Assembly (NCBI GenBank): GCA_944372095.1
Contig: CALVYG010000047.1
Coordinates: 4,678 to 68,677, forward strand
DNA from: an uncultured Clostridia bacterium
GTDB lineage: Bacteria; Bacillota; Clostridia; Christensenellales; DTU072
DNA: 64,000 nt
Direction: 5' to 3'
The notes under the pieces were generated by a model that was not told the origin of the DNA, did not search any database, and saw nothing but the letters and a program-made list of their open reading frames with translations. How positions within the stretch are numbered: position 1 is the stretch's first letter; each line of letters opens with the position of its first letter. The position numbers and the translations under genes are program-made. Positions 42,881-53,229 of this stretch are shown piece by piece.

Positions 42881-43882
42881 ATGAAAAACCATACAATTAT
42901 TTTTAATAATCCTGTCTACATTAACGAAACGGCAACCATTGCCGGTCCCAAAGAAGGTAAAGGACCGTTAAAAAACTATTATAATAATATTTTGGAAAAT
43001 GATTTGCTTAAAGAAAAAAGTTATGAAAAAGCAGAAATTAAAATTCATACGTCTGCCATAAAACAACTCCTAAACCGCAGTAATCTAACATCAAAAGACA
43101 TTGATTGCTATTTCGGAGGCGATTTGCTTGATGAAATAATCAGTAGCAGTTTTACGATGAGAGAAATAGACGGACCTTTTTTTGGGATTTATAATGCATG
43201 CGCAACTTTTGCAGAAGGTTTAATACTTGCTTCATGTCTGATATCGGGGAGACTGATAAACAGAGCGGTATGTTCGGTTTCAAGCCACTTTGCTACCGCA
43301 GAAAGACAATACAGAAATCCTTTGGAACTCGGTTCACAAAGAACACCGTTATCACAATGGACTGTTACGGGCGGAGCAGCAGCTCTTCTTGAAACATCAA
43401 ATAAAACTAATATCGCAATAACTTACGGGACTGTCGGAAAAGTAGTTGACTTCGGAGTAACTGACGCAAATAATATGGGAGCGGCAATGGCTCCCGCCGC
43501 ACTTGATACAATTATGACACATTTAGGCGATACCGGAAGAGACGTCGATTATTACGATTTAATAGTTACGGGAGATTTAGGACATGCAGGGAGCAGGTTA
43601 CTTATAACTATGGCAAAATCAAAAGGTATTGATTTAACAAAAAATTATAACGATTGCGGAGTTCTGATTTACAACCGCGAAGCTCAAAAAGTTGAGCAAG
43701 GAGGAAGCGGACCTTGTTGCAGCGGATTAGTTTTTTGCGGATATTTATATACCAAATTAAAAATGGGTATATATAAAAAAATATTGCTTGTCCCAACAGG
43801 GGCATTGCTTTCAAAGACATCTTCGCTTCAAAAAGAATCAATCCCGGGGATAGCTCACGCTTTAAGTATAGAATTGGTGTAA
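42881..43882 (+). CDS. spoVAD: Stage V sporulation protein AD (thiolase-like fold)
   Basis: 333 aa with GPKEGKGPL, YNACATF and GGSGPCCSG motifs characteristic of SpoVAD. Confidence 0.9.
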   Translation: MKNHTIIFNNPVYINETATIAGPKEGKGPLKNYYNNILENDLLKEKSYEKAEIKIHTSAIKQLLNRSNLTSKDIDCYFGGDLLDEIISSSFTMREIDGPFFGIYNACATFAEGLILASCLISGRLINRAVCSVSSHFATAERQYRNPLELGSQRTPLSQWTVTGGAAALLETSNKTNIAITYGTVGKVVDFGVTDANNMGAAMAPAALDTIMTHLGDTGRDVDYYDLIVTGDLGHAGSRLLITMAKSKGIDLTKNYNDCGVLIYNREAQKVEQGGSGPCCSGLVFCGYLYTKLKMGIYKKILLVPTGALLSKTSSLQKESIPGIAHALSIELV

Positions 43883-43885
43883 ATT

Positions 43886-44254
43886 ATGGAAATATTTTTA
43901 ACTTATTTGAAAGTTTTTTTAGTAGGCGGCGGAATATGCTTGATAGGACAAATCTTAATAAACCTTACAAAAATGACATCCGCCAGAATTCTTGTCACTT
44001 TTCTTTTAACAGGCATATTTTTAGAAGCCATCGGCGTATTCGAACACATAAAAAACTTTGCACAGGCAGGAGCAACCATACCGATATTAGGATTTGGAAG
44101 TAATCTTGCAAAAGGAGCTATTGAAGGAGCAAAAAGTTCCGGACTATTCGGCGCATTGACCGGCGGAGTAAAAGCTGTGGCAGCAGGGTTAGGCGGCGCT
44201 ATTTTTATAGGGTTTATAATCGGGGTTATCTCTAATGCACACTCAAAATCATGA
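43886..44254 (+). CDS. spoVAE: Stage V sporulation protein AE (AEb-type)
   Basis: 122-aa membrane protein paralogous to SpoVAC (IPILGFGSNLAKG). It is the third gene of the spoVA operon. Confidence 0.85.
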   Translation: MEIFLTYLKVFLVGGGICLIGQILINLTKMTSARILVTFLLTGIFLEAIGVFEHIKNFAQAGATIPILGFGSNLAKGAIEGAKSSGLFGALTGGVKAVAAGLGGAIFIGFIIGVISNAHSKS

Positions 44255-44277
44255 TTGACTTTATTACATTTTCAGGA

Positions 44278-44306
44278 TTGACAGCAACTAGATATCATAT
44301 TATAAT
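44278..44306 (+). promoter_or_regulatory. Consensus sigma-A promoter abutting the peptidase start codon
   Basis: TTGACA (44278-83), 17 nt, TATAAT (44301-06), then 8 nt to ATG 44315. Confidence 0.65.
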
Positions 44307-44314
44307 TATTTATT

Positions 44315-45340
44315 ATGAATTGTATTGTAAATGAGCATGAAACTGCTTTAATTGCTTATCCAACAAATGTATTTTATCTGACGCATTTAAGAAATCCCGA
44401 TTCTTTTGTTGTTGTCCGTGGCGATGAAAAATACTATTTCACTGATGAAAAATATGCTGAAACAGCTGAAAAAAAATTGCCCGGTTTCTTTTTGAAAAAC
44501 ACATCTGAGATATTTGATTTCTTAAATACCAATAATGTTAAAGAACTTGGAATTGAAGAAAAAACTTTGTCTAAAGATTTTTTAACATCAATAAAAGAAA
44601 ATTGTGACATAAATTTATTTTATTCAATAGATTCACGTTTAGAAAAAATCCGTTCGATAAAATCCCTTGAGGAAATTTCTCTCATAAAAAAAGCTCAACA
44701 AATTACTGATAAAACTTTTAACGATATTTTGCCGGTAATTAAGGAGGGAATTTCAGAAATTGAACTTGCCAGTGTTCTTGAAAGTTTGCTTTATGTCAAC
44801 GGTGCGGACGACTTGGCGTTTGAATCAATAGTTGCATTCGGCGAAAATACTTGTTTCCCTCACGCAGAGAGAACAGATAAAAAACTGATTAACGGGTCAA
44901 TTATTACACTTGATTTCGGAGCAAAATACCATAATTATTGTTCAGATATGACCAGAACAATTTTTTTCGGACAGCCTGACGATGAACAACTAAAAATATA
45001 TAAACACGTTTTAACTGCACAAGAAATGGCTTTGTCCATTGCGTATTCCGGAATTTCGGCAAAAGAATGCGATACTATGTCCAGAAGATATTTTTCTGAA
45101 ATCGGATTGGATAAATATTTTATCCATACACTCGGACACGGAGTAGGTTTGGATATTCACGAATATCCACGATTGTCACAAGACTCAGATGTGATTATGG
45201 AAGAAAAGATGGTTGTGACATTTGAGCCGGGATTATACTTTCAAGGAAAATTCGGCGTAAGAATAGAAGATTTGGTTATTTTTGATAAATCAGGTGTTAT
45301 CAACTTGACAAAAAGTCCAAAAAATATAATAATAATTTAG
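44315..45340 (+). CDS. Xaa-Pro aminopeptidase / M24-family metallopeptidase
   Basis: Creatinase-like N-domain plus M24 metal ligands ([30 protein letters not shown]). There is no SD upstream. Confidence 0.85.
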   Translation: MNCIVNEHETALIAYPTNVFYLTHLRNPDSFVVVRGDEKYYFTDEKYAETAEKKLPGFFLKNTSEIFDFLNTNNVKELGIEEKTLSKDFLTSIKENCDINLFYSIDSRLEKIRSIKSLEEISLIKKAQQITDKTFNDILPVIKEGISEIELASVLESLLYVNGADDLAFESIVAFGENTCFPHAERTDKKLINGSIITLDFGAKYHNYCSDMTRTIFFGQPDDEQLKIYKHVLTAQEMALSIAYSGISAKECDTMSRRYFSEIGLDKYFIHTLGHGVGLDIHEYPRLSQDSDVIMEEKMVVTFEPGLYFQGKFGVRIEDLVIFDKSGVINLTKSPKNIIII

Positions 45341-45375
45341 TTAAAATAATTTATAAAATTCGGAGGACGATTTAC

Positions 45376-45939
45376 ATGCCTTATATACTAGCAGGCGATT
45401 TCAGAAAAGGAATAACTTTTGAACTTGATTCTACCGTGCAGGTTATTGTCGACTTTCAACACGTTAAACCCGGAAAAGGTGCGGCTTTTGTTCGCGCAAA
45501 AATCAGAAACGTTATGACCGGAGGTGTTATTGAAAGGACATTTAACCCCAGCGAAAAATTTGAACTGGCACATATCGACAGAAAAAAAATGTCTTACAGT
45601 TACCATGACGGTGATTTATACTATTTTATGGATGACGAAACATACGATTTGGTTCCGCTCAATAAAGAGCTTGTAGAAGATGCTCTTAATTTTATTAAAG
45701 AGGGCGATAAATGTGATATTGCATTTTATAAAGGAAGCGCATTCAGCTGTGAACCCCAAAATTTTGTTGAATTGTTGGTAGTAGATGCTGACCCGGGAAT
45801 TCCGGGGGCTACCGCTCAACCCGGAACCAAAGGCGCCACACTTGAAACCGGTTACAAAATTCAGGTTCCGTTATTTGTAAATGCCGGAGAAACAATCAGA
45901 GTCGATACAAGGACCGGCATGTATATGTCCAGGGTATAA
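45376..45939 (+). CDS. efp: Elongation factor P
   Basis: 187 aa with [16 protein letters not shown], which contains the modified-Lys loop. SD GGAGG lies upstream. Confidence 0.95.
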   Translation: MPYILAGDFRKGITFELDSTVQVIVDFQHVKPGKGAAFVRAKIRNVMTGGVIERTFNPSEKFELAHIDRKKMSYSYHDGDLYYFMDDETYDLVPLNKELVEDALNFIKEGDKCDIAFYKGSAFSCEPQNFVELLVVDADPGIPGATAQPGTKGATLETGYKIQVPLFVNAGETIRVDTRTGMYMSRV

Positions 45940-45963
45940 ATATAAATAATATTCATAATATTT

Positions 45964-45997
45964 AACACCGCATAATATAATTTTGCGGTGTTATTTT
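45964..45997 (+). terminator. Terminator-like hairpin after efp, ending at the spoIIIAA start
   Basis: AACACCGCA (45964-72) pairs with TGCGGTGTT (45984-92) around an 11-nt loop, followed by ATTTTAT. Confidence 0.6.
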
Positions 45998-46813
45998 ATG
46001 GAAAAATTACTTGGACAAAAGCTTTGGACTGAAATTTTAAACTTAACATCTTTCGATGTCGTAAATGAAATAAGAATAAGACTCAATCATCCGGTTCTTA
46101 TAAAATGTAAAAATAAAACCTTTTTTTTACCTTATATCCCTGACAAGGAATACTTGAATAAAGTGATAGATGTTGCAACAGGTTATTCACGCTACGCCTA
46201 CGAAAGAGAAATATCCGACGGATATCTAGAATACGGTGAAGGCGTACGAATAGGTCTCTGCGGAACGGGAAAAATCAACGACAAAAAACTCATAGTATAT
46301 TCATCGGTTACGTCCCTTTGTATAAGAATACCTCATGCAATTCAATTAAATAAATCAATTAAATCAGTACTGGATAACTTTAACAACACTCTTATTATCG
46401 GCGCTCCGTATAGCGGGAAAACAACTCTTATAAGAGCTTTAAGCGAAGAGCTTGCCGAAAATAGCGATGTCGTAATTATTGACGAAAGAAGAGAAATTGC
46501 CGGAAGTAATTTTTCTTTATTGAAAGCGAAAAGAGCAGACATAATACAAGGAATTCCCAAAAATGAAATATACGGCAATATTATCAGAAGCATGTCACCT
46601 TCAATTGTAGTTTGTGACGAATTATTTTCCGAAAAGGATTTTTTTGCTGTCGAAAAAATTAAATCAGCAGGCATTAAATGTCTTGCTTCATACCATTCAA
46701 ACGATATATATTCAATTCCTGAAATAGCCAATAAAATTTTTTCTGTTTTTGTAACGCTTAATTCTAATCCCGCTCCCGGAAGCATAACCTCTATCGTGCG
46801 GAAAAATGATTAA
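45998..46813 (+). CDS. spoIIIAA: Stage III sporulation protein AA (ATPase)
   Basis: Walker A GAPYSGKTT and Walker B VVIIDE. It is the first gene of an eight-gene spoIIIA operon. Confidence 0.85.
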   Translation: MEKLLGQKLWTEILNLTSFDVVNEIRIRLNHPVLIKCKNKTFFLPYIPDKEYLNKVIDVATGYSRYAYEREISDGYLEYGEGVRIGLCGTGKINDKKLIVYSSVTSLCIRIPHAIQLNKSIKSVLDNFNNTLIIGAPYSGKTTLIRALSEELAENSDVVIIDERREIAGSNFSLLKAKRADIIQGIPKNEIYGNIIRSMSPSIVVCDELFSEKDFFAVEKIKSAGIKCLASYHSNDIYSIPEIANKIFSVFVTLNSNPAPGSITSIVRKND

Positions 46814-47255
46814 ATATATAGGCGGTGCTTTATTCGTTGCGGCAGGATGGCTACTCGGAAACTCATTATATTCTGTTTACGAAGACAGAATATATATTTT
46901 AGAACGTTTCCGCGATTTTATTCTTTACTGTGAAAGCGAAATTACGTTTTATAAAACAGAAATGGATATAATTATCGACAAATTCCGAGACAGAACGAAT
47001 AAACTCGACGAAATAATATTTAACGAGAAAAATAAAAACATAGCAGTATCTTCCGAAACTTCAAAACTAATAAAAAATTTTTTCTGCCGGATAAGAACAT
47101 TGGACAGCGAAAGTCAAAAAGGATATTTTTCGGAAATACAAATTGAAGTAAATTCGCTTATCGAAAAGGCAACGAAAGAATTAAATGTAAAAGGGAAAAT
47201 GCTTAAAAGGCTTACGCCGATAGCGGCAATCGGAATATTTATTTTAACTCTGTGA
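46806..47255 (+). CDS. spoIIIAB: Stage III sporulation protein AB
   Basis: 149 aa with an N-terminal TM segment and a C-terminal TM segment. Its position and size fit SpoIIIAB. Confidence 0.8.
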   Translation: MIKYIGGALFVAAGWLLGNSLYSVYEDRIYILERFRDFILYCESEITFYKTEMDIIIDKFRDRTNKLDEIIFNEKNKNIAVSSETSKLIKNFFCRIRTLDSESQKGYFSEIQIEVNSLIEKATKELNVKGKMLKRLTPIAAIGIFILTL

Positions 47256-47262
47256 GAGGAAT

Positions 47263-47460
47263 ATGGGCATAGATATTATTTTCAAAATTGCAGGTATAGG
47301 CATAATCACCGCTGTACTGAATAATATTCTCGAAAAAAGCGATAAAAAAGAAATCGCAACTTTGGTTACACTTGCGGGATTGATTATTGTATTGGTAATA
47401 GTCATGGATATGCTGAGCGGACTGTTTGATACTTTAAAGAATCTTTTTTATTTGAACTAA
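47263..47460 (+). CDS. spoIIIAC: Stage III sporulation protein AC
   Basis: 65-aa two-TM protein (IFKIAGIGIITAVL...). Confidence 0.85.
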   Translation: MGIDIIFKIAGIGIITAVLNNILEKSDKKEIATLVTLAGLIIVLVIVMDMLSGLFDTLKNLFYLN

Positions 47461-47461
47461 A

Positions 47462-47839
47462 ATGATAAAGATTATCGGTGTTGCTTTTGTAGGCATTATT
47501 TGTTACAAGCTAATAAAAGATGTAAAAAGTTCATTCGCTCCATTAATACTTGTATCCGTAGGAGCAGTACTGATTATTTTACTTTCAGATAAAATTACTG
47601 AAGTGATTACCGTATTTACAGGACTATCAGAAAAGGCAGGATTAGGCGGAACCGTTTTCTCTTCTCTTTTAAAAATAATCGGAATAGGTTACGTTACAGA
47701 ATATGCTGCAAGCGTATGCGATGACTGTGAATGTACTTCTATAGGAAAAAAAATTGAATTTGCAGGAAAATTAACCATTCTTATAATGTCATTACCGATT
47801 ATAAACGGCATTATAGAAACAATCGGAGAATTGTTGTGA
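47462..47839 (+). CDS. spoIIIAD: Stage III sporulation protein AD
   Basis: 125-aa membrane protein (IGIGYVTEYAASVCDDCECTSIGKKIEFAGK). Confidence 0.85.
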   Translation: MIKIIGVAFVGIICYKLIKDVKSSFAPLILVSVGAVLIILLSDKITEVITVFTGLSEKAGLGGTVFSSLLKIIGIGYVTEYAASVCDDCECTSIGKKIEFAGKLTILIMSLPIINGIIETIGELL

Positions 47840-49038
47840 AAAAACTCTTTTTTATATTTTTTTCTTTTATTCTTTTTGTAATATTATCGGCTTCATTGAT
47901 ATTATTTCCCAATAATACCGCCTATGCCGAAAATACAGAATCCGATGAAGAAAATTCGGAAGAAACAATAGAAGAGACCGTTCAGGAAATAATTGATGAA
48001 ACGGATTTGAGCGAATACGAAGATTTTGTAAACAATCTAAAATTACCCGATGATTATACATTAAGCGGACTTCTTGACAGTGTATTAAATAATAATTACG
48101 AACTTGACTTCAACTATTTAACATCATATATTTTAAAATGCTTTCTTGGAAATATTAAAGGGCTTATAATACAGTCTTTGATTATTTTGATTACTGTTGT
48201 ACTTATGAGCATTCTGAACAACCTTACATCCGGATTTTCAAAAACATCAACAAAAAAAATTGTTTACCTCGCTTGCTACGGAACAATTATCGTTATAGTC
48301 GGAATAATGGTCGGCAGTGCAATAGAATCCTCGGGAAAAATGATTTCCGACGTTGAAAAATTCTCAGATGTATCATTCCCGGCGTTATTAACACTTGTAA
48401 CCGCAATCGGAGCAAACGCTTCTGCGGCAGTATATCAGCCATTGGTTTTAATTTTTTCCTCTCTTATGATTAAAATCATAAACTATATCGTAATGCCTGC
48501 TTTCTTTATTTCTTTCGTATTTAATATTATCGGTAATTTAAGCGATGACTTGAAACTAAGTAAAATATCAGGATTTGCAAAATCCGCAGGAGAATGGATT
48601 ATCGGCATATCATTCGGTTTATTTATTACTTATACGACAGCGCAGGGAATTACAGGTGCAGGAATTGATTCATTGGCAACAAAAGGTGCTAAATATGCTC
48701 TCGGCAGTTATATTCCGGTAATCGGAGGGTATCTGAAAGACGGATTTGATTTAATTACGGCAGGATGCATAGTAATTAAAAACGCTTTAGGGTTTGTATC
48801 GTTAATTATTTTGTTGTTTATCGCTATTATTCCTATAATGAGAATACTATCTACTATGCTTATTTTAAGATTAACTGCCGCAATCAGTGAGCCTTTCGGC
48901 GATAAAAAAATAACCGACATGCTACACGGAGTAAGCAAAAGTTTGGTATTGCCGTTAGTAGCATGCATTTGCATTGTATTTTCACTTTTAATAATTATTA
49001 TGCTTATAATTCTTACTTGTAACAGAGGTGTAATATGA
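47836..49038 (+). CDS. spoIIIAE: Stage III sporulation protein AE
   Basis: 400 aa with a signal peptide and a polytopic membrane domain. Its position in the operon supports the call. Confidence 0.85.
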   Translation: MKKLFFIFFSFILFVILSASLILFPNNTAYAENTESDEENSEETIEETVQEIIDETDLSEYEDFVNNLKLPDDYTLSGLLDSVLNNNYELDFNYLTSYILKCFLGNIKGLIIQSLIILITVVLMSILNNLTSGFSKTSTKKIVYLACYGTIIVIVGIMVGSAIESSGKMISDVEKFSDVSFPALLTLVTAIGANASAAVYQPLVLIFSSLMIKIINYIVMPAFFISFVFNIIGNLSDDLKLSKISGFAKSAGEWIIGISFGLFITYTTAQGITGAGIDSLATKGAKYALGSYIPVIGGYLKDGFDLITAGCIVIKNALGFVSLIILLFIAIIPIMRILSTMLILRLTAAISEPFGDKKITDMLHGVSKSLVLPLVACICIVFSLLIIIMLIILTCNRGVI

Positions 49039-49496
49039 AAGCCTGGCTTATAAGCATTGTTTCAGTTTGTATTTTATTAATTCTTATGGAATTGATGCTT
49101 AGCGAGGGCAAGACAAAGAAATTCATTCAAGGTATCTTGCGACTTGCCGTTGTTATTGTTTTATTAATCCCGATAATTAAGCTTGCCGCAGGAGAAATTC
49201 CTGAAATCAGTTTTGAAGAAGAAAAAACAGAAAATACGGAATATAACGGACTTTCCGATTATATAAAAGAAAAAACAGAAGAAACAGTTGAAAATGAATT
49301 AAACGCAATGGGCGGAGTCTGTGACGTAATAATAATATATGAAAAAGAAGAAATTAAAAAAGTAGAAATTACTATTAAGGAAAACGGTATAAACTCAGAA
49401 GGCGAGAATATATATACTAATGAAAAAATTATTGAACGGGTGACAGAAATTATAAACGTTGATAAGGAAAAAGTCAGAGTATATGGAGCAAGGTAA
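49035..49496 (+). CDS. spoIIIAF: Stage III sporulation protein AF
   Basis: 153 aa with two N-terminal TM segments and an acidic soluble domain. Its position in the operon supports the call. Confidence 0.8.
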   Translation: MKAWLISIVSVCILLILMELMLSEGKTKKFIQGILRLAVVIVLLIPIIKLAAGEIPEISFEEEKTENTEYNGLSDYIKEKTEETVENELNAMGGVCDVIIIYEKEEIKKVEITIKENGINSEGENIYTNEKIIERVTEIINVDKEKVRVYGAR

Positions 49497-49899
49497 AAAT
49501 AACGACAAAATAAATGAATTGTTGACAAAAATAAAAGGGATAAAGCACATAAAAATTATCATAGGAATTCTTATCGCTGCGATAATAATGCTTGTATATG
49601 TAGGCATAACATCAAACAAAACCAATGAAACAATAAATGAAAATACCATGCAAGACATATCGGAAACAAATGCTACATACAGTGAAAACGAAGAAAAACT
49701 AGCTGACATATTAGAGAGAATAGAAGGAATAGGAAAAACAAAAGTAATGATAACATATACGGATGAAGAAAAAGTAAACGGAGTAATAGTAGTAGCAGAA
49801 GGTGCAGATAATCCACTTTCGGAATGGAAAATAAGACATGCTGTACAGACTGCATTAAAAATCGATTATCACAGCATTGAAGTATATTCAATGAAATGA
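49459..49899 (+). CDS. spoIIIAG: Stage III sporulation protein AG (start uncertain: TTG 49459 or ATG 49483)
   Basis: Single TM segment followed by a C-terminal domain ending GVIVVAEGADNP...VQTALKI, typical of SpoIIIAG. Confidence 0.8.
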   Translation: MIRKKSEYMEQGKNNDKINELLTKIKGIKHIKIIIGILIAAIIMLVYVGITSNKTNETINENTMQDISETNATYSENEEKLADILERIEGIGKTKVMITYTDEEKVNGVIVVAEGADNPLSEWKIRHAVQTALKIDYHSIEVYSMK

Positions 49900-49933
49900 T
49901 ATAACCACAAAAACAAAAACGGAGGCATTTTTT

Positions 49934-50416
49934 ATGAAAGCAAACAAAAAGAAAATTATCGTACTGGTTTCCTTGGTCGTACTTCTCGCCGGTGTGGCAT
50001 GCCTTAACTATTTCTTAACGGTTAAAGGAATAGGCCAAATAGACGAAACGCCCACTCAAACGACTGAACAAACATTCTTTTCGACTTACAGAACAGACCG
50101 GGATAATACAAGAACACAAGAAAAATTATATCTGGAAAGCATAATGGCAAGCACGACGGCAGATGAGGAAACGTTGGCAGAAGCAAACAAAAATTATCTT
50201 GCCCTTGCCGCTGCAATGGAAACCGAGACAACGCTTGAAGGTCTTATCAAAGCTTACGGATTCACCGACTGCATCGTAACAATCAGCAACGGAAACGTTA
50301 ACGTAGTCGTCCAGGATTCAGAGCTTACGGTAGAAGAAGCTGCACAAATTCTGAGTACAATTGTTTCCGAAACCGAATATACAGCGAAAGACGTAGTAAT
50401 TATTCCTTATGTATAA
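49934..50416 (+). CDS. spoIIIAH: Stage III sporulation protein AH
   Basis: 160 aa with an N-terminal TM segment and a YscJ/FliF-like C-terminal domain. SD GGAGG lies upstream. It is the last gene of the operon. Confidence 0.8.
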   Translation: MKANKKKIIVLVSLVVLLAGVACLNYFLTVKGIGQIDETPTQTTEQTFFSTYRTDRDNTRTQEKLYLESIMASTTADEETLAEANKNYLALAAAMETETTLEGLIKAYGFTDCIVTISNGNVNVVVQDSELTVEEAAQILSTIVSETEYTAKDVVIIPYV

Positions 50417-50443
50417 AAAGGAATAAAGAGACCGAAATTGTGC

Positions 50444-50472
50444 TTGATTATTCGGGTCGGCTGTGCTATACT
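50444..50472 (+). promoter_or_regulatory. Extended -10 sigma-A promoter abutting the asp23-family start codon
   Basis: TTGATT (50444-49), a 17-nt spacer ending in TGc, TATACT (50467-72), then 6 nt to ATG 50479. Confidence 0.55.
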
Positions 50473-50478
50473 AAGCAT

Positions 50479-50802
50479 ATGAAAGCGCCGAATAATCAGG
50501 ACCATTATACCAACATAATTACCTCGCTCGTAAATGCCGCCGTTATGCATACGGAAGGCGTTTCTGCGGACGAGGTTTTTTTAACAAAACCTAAAAAATT
50601 TTTCTCTGCGAGCAACGTCAGCATCTTCTTCGAGGACAATAATAAAATTACTCTCGATGTTTATATTGATGTAGTCTTCGGATATAACGTATCGCAAGTC
50701 GCTTGTGCTTTGCAAGAAAAAATTATAAACGATATAACAGAAAATACAGGTCTTACAGTAAAAAACGTGAATATTATTGTTAACAGCGTTATATTTAATT
50801 GA
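50479..50802 (+). CDS. Asp23/Gls24-family alkaline shock protein
   Basis: Asp23-like sequence (TEGVS..., VDVYIDVVFGYNVSQVA...I). It lies upstream of nusB, like yqhY in Bacillus. The track GTG at 50440 adds 13 non-conserved residues. Confidence 0.75.
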   Translation: MKAPNNQDHYTNIITSLVNAAVMHTEGVSADEVFLTKPKKFFSASNVSIFFEDNNKITLDVYIDVVFGYNVSQVACALQEKIINDITENTGLTVKNVNIIVNSVIFN

Positions 50803-50805
50803 CAA

Positions 50806-51213
50806 ATGAGCAGAAAAATAGCACGAGAATACGCATATAAACTTATATTTGAATATATTTTTTCCGAAACTCCTAATTTACGCACATTTAAAATTTTTAC
50901 AAATGCGGATATTGACGAAAGCGATGTAAATTATCTGGAAAGGGTATATTACGGAGTCATAAATAATTACGATGAAATTATCAATGAAATAAGCAAATAT
51001 TCTCAAAGCTTTGCATTAGACAGGATATATAAAACAGATTTAAGCGCATTAATTCTTGCTATATATGAAATGAAATATATGGAAGACATCCCTCTTTCTG
51101 TTTCAATAAGCGAAGCCGTGGTCCTTGTTAAAAAATATTCTACCGAAAAAAGCAATACCTTTGTTAACGGAATATTATCATCTGTATATAAGGAGCTCAC
51201 TGAAAAAAAATGA
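50806..51213 (+). CDS. nusB: Transcription antitermination factor NusB
   Basis: 135 aa with SRKIAREYAYKLIFEY and C-terminal FVNGILSSV. Confidence 0.9.
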   Translation: MSRKIAREYAYKLIFEYIFSETPNLRTFKIFTNADIDESDVNYLERVYYGVINNYDEIINEISKYSQSFALDRIYKTDLSALILAIYEMKYMEDIPLSVSISEAVVLVKKYSTEKSNTFVNGILSSVYKELTEKK

Positions 51214-52049
51214 TACTTATCGACGGAAAAAAAGTTTCACAAACAGTAAGGGAAGAAATCAAAAAAGAAATTTCGGAAATATCCGAGCAAGGCAAGCATG
51301 TCGGGCTTGCCGTTATTATAATCGGTGACGACCCGGCATCACAAGTTTATGTGAGAAATAAAATAAACGCCTGCAATGAAACCGGGATTCTTTCCAGACG
51401 ATATGCTTTCCCGGCAAACGTATCGGAAACGGAAATTATTGAGCTTATTGAGACATTAAATAACGATAACGATATAAACGGAATTCTCGTACAACTGCCT
51501 TTGCCAAAGCATCTTAATAAAGAAAGAATATTATCTGCGATTGACCCCAAAAAGGATGTAGACGGTTTCAGCGCAGAACAAAGCGGAAAAACTTTTTTAG
51601 GAGAAGAAGCTTTATCGGGATGTACCCCGGAAGGAATAATAACCCTTCTTAAAGCCTACAATATAAAAATTGAAGGATTAAACGCAGTGGTTATAGGAAG
51701 AAGCAATATTGTCGGAAAACCTGCCGCTATTCTGCTTTTAAAAGAAAATGCCACGGTAACCGTTTGCCATACCCGTACAAAAGATATAAAATTATATACT
51801 AAAAACGCCGATTTAATAATTGTCGCTGTCGGAAAGCCTAAATTTCTTACAAAAGATATGGTTAAAGACGGAGTAATAGTAATTGATGCCGGAATAAACA
51901 GAACGGAAGAAGGAAAATTATGTGGAGACGTTGATTTCGAAAATGTTTCTAAAAAATGCTCATATATTACTCCTGTTCCGGGAGGTGTCGGTCCGATGAC
52001 CGTTACAATGTTAATGTATAATACATTAAAAGCTTTCAAAAATGCCTGA
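51210..52049 (+). CDS. folD: Bifunctional methylenetetrahydrofolate dehydrogenase/cyclohydrolase
   Basis: LIDGKKVS..., DVDGF, GRSNIVGKP and PVPGGVGPMTV motifs. Confidence 0.95.
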   Translation: MILIDGKKVSQTVREEIKKEISEISEQGKHVGLAVIIIGDDPASQVYVRNKINACNETGILSRRYAFPANVSETEIIELIETLNNDNDINGILVQLPLPKHLNKERILSAIDPKKDVDGFSAEQSGKTFLGEEALSGCTPEGIITLLKAYNIKIEGLNAVVIGRSNIVGKPAAILLLKENATVTVCHTRTKDIKLYTKNADLIIVAVGKPKFLTKDMVKDGVIVIDAGINRTEEGKLCGDVDFENVSKKCSYITPVPGGVGPMTVTMLMYNTLKAFKNA

Positions 52050-53229
52050 CAGAGATTATATAACGGTTTCTGAACTTAACTATTATATCAACCGTATTTT
52101 CGAAGCGGAAGAGCTTTTGCATAATGTTCCTGTAACAGGTGAAGTTTCAGGATGCTCTGTTATAAAAGGTAATTGTTATTTTACCCTTAAAGACGAATCT
52201 TCACAAATAAAAATTGTTTATTTTAATGTCGGAGAAAGATTTATTCCTTCTAACGGAGAAAAAGTTTTGGTCAGAGGATGCGTCGATTATTACCAACCGA
52301 GTGGACAAATAAGCTTAAAAGCTTACGAAGTCAAAAGATTCGGAGTCGGCATGCTTTATGCAAAGCTTCAAGAACTTAAAGAAAATTTGAATAAGGAAGG
52401 TCTATTTGAAGAATCTCACAAAAACCCTATACCTGATTTCCCTGCTAATATCGGAATAATAACAAGTGTAAAAGGGGCAGCGCTACAAGACATTTTTTCC
52501 ACTCTCGGCAGATACAACTCCAAACAAAATATATCGGTTATCGATGTTCGCGTTCAAGGAGAAAATTGTGTAAAAGATGTTTTCGAAGCACTGATAAACG
52601 CAGACCATGCAGATTTTGATGTAATTTTATTGGCAAGAGGCGGCGGTTCGTTCGAAGATTTATACCCTTTTAACAATGAAAAATTAGTAAGAACTATTTA
52701 TAACATGAATACCCCGGTTATAACAGCTATCGGCCACGAAACTGATTATACTCTATGCGATTTTGTTTCTGATTATCGCGCTATAACTCCGACGGCGGCA
52801 GCAGAAAAAATTGCCTTCGATATTTCAATTGAGAGAAAAAAAATTTTCAATATATTAAAAAAAATAAAGAATTCTGTTAATTCAATTTACAGCTTTGAAA
52901 AAGAAAGGCTCATTTCCGATATGGAAGATTTATCTGACGAAGCAAACTACTTACTAAATGAAAAATACAGTGTTATACGAAACCTTATAAATTTTGCAAA
53001 AATCAAAATTGAAAATTCTTATAAAATCAAGCAAGAAAAATTGCTTAACATTAATAAATTATTGGACTCTTTAAGCCCGACAAAATTAATAGAAAAAGGC
53101 TATTTCAGGATTGCGCATAAAAATATAATTATAAATAATTTTTCAGATGTGCCGATCGGCTCAAATATTGTTATAATAGGAAATAATGAAAAAATTACGG
53201 CAAAAATTACGCGAAAGGAGACAATATGA
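52042..53229 (+). CDS. xseA: Exodeoxyribonuclease VII large subunit
   Basis: N-terminal OB fold (ITVSELN...V.GEVS) and RGGGSFEDL. It lies upstream of xseB. Confidence 0.9.
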   Translation: MPDRDYITVSELNYYINRIFEAEELLHNVPVTGEVSGCSVIKGNCYFTLKDESSQIKIVYFNVGERFIPSNGEKVLVRGCVDYYQPSGQISLKAYEVKRFGVGMLYAKLQELKENLNKEGLFEESHKNPIPDFPANIGIITSVKGAALQDIFSTLGRYNSKQNISVIDVRVQGENCVKDVFEALINADHADFDVILLARGGGSFEDLYPFNNEKLVRTIYNMNTPVITAIGHETDYTLCDFVSDYRAITPTAAAEKIAFDISIERKKIFNILKKIKNSVNSIYSFEKERLISDMEDLSDEANYLLNEKYSVIRNLINFAKIKIENSYKIKQEKLLNINKLLDSLSPTKLIEKGYFRIAHKNIIINNFSDVPIGSNIVIIGNNEKITAKITRKETI

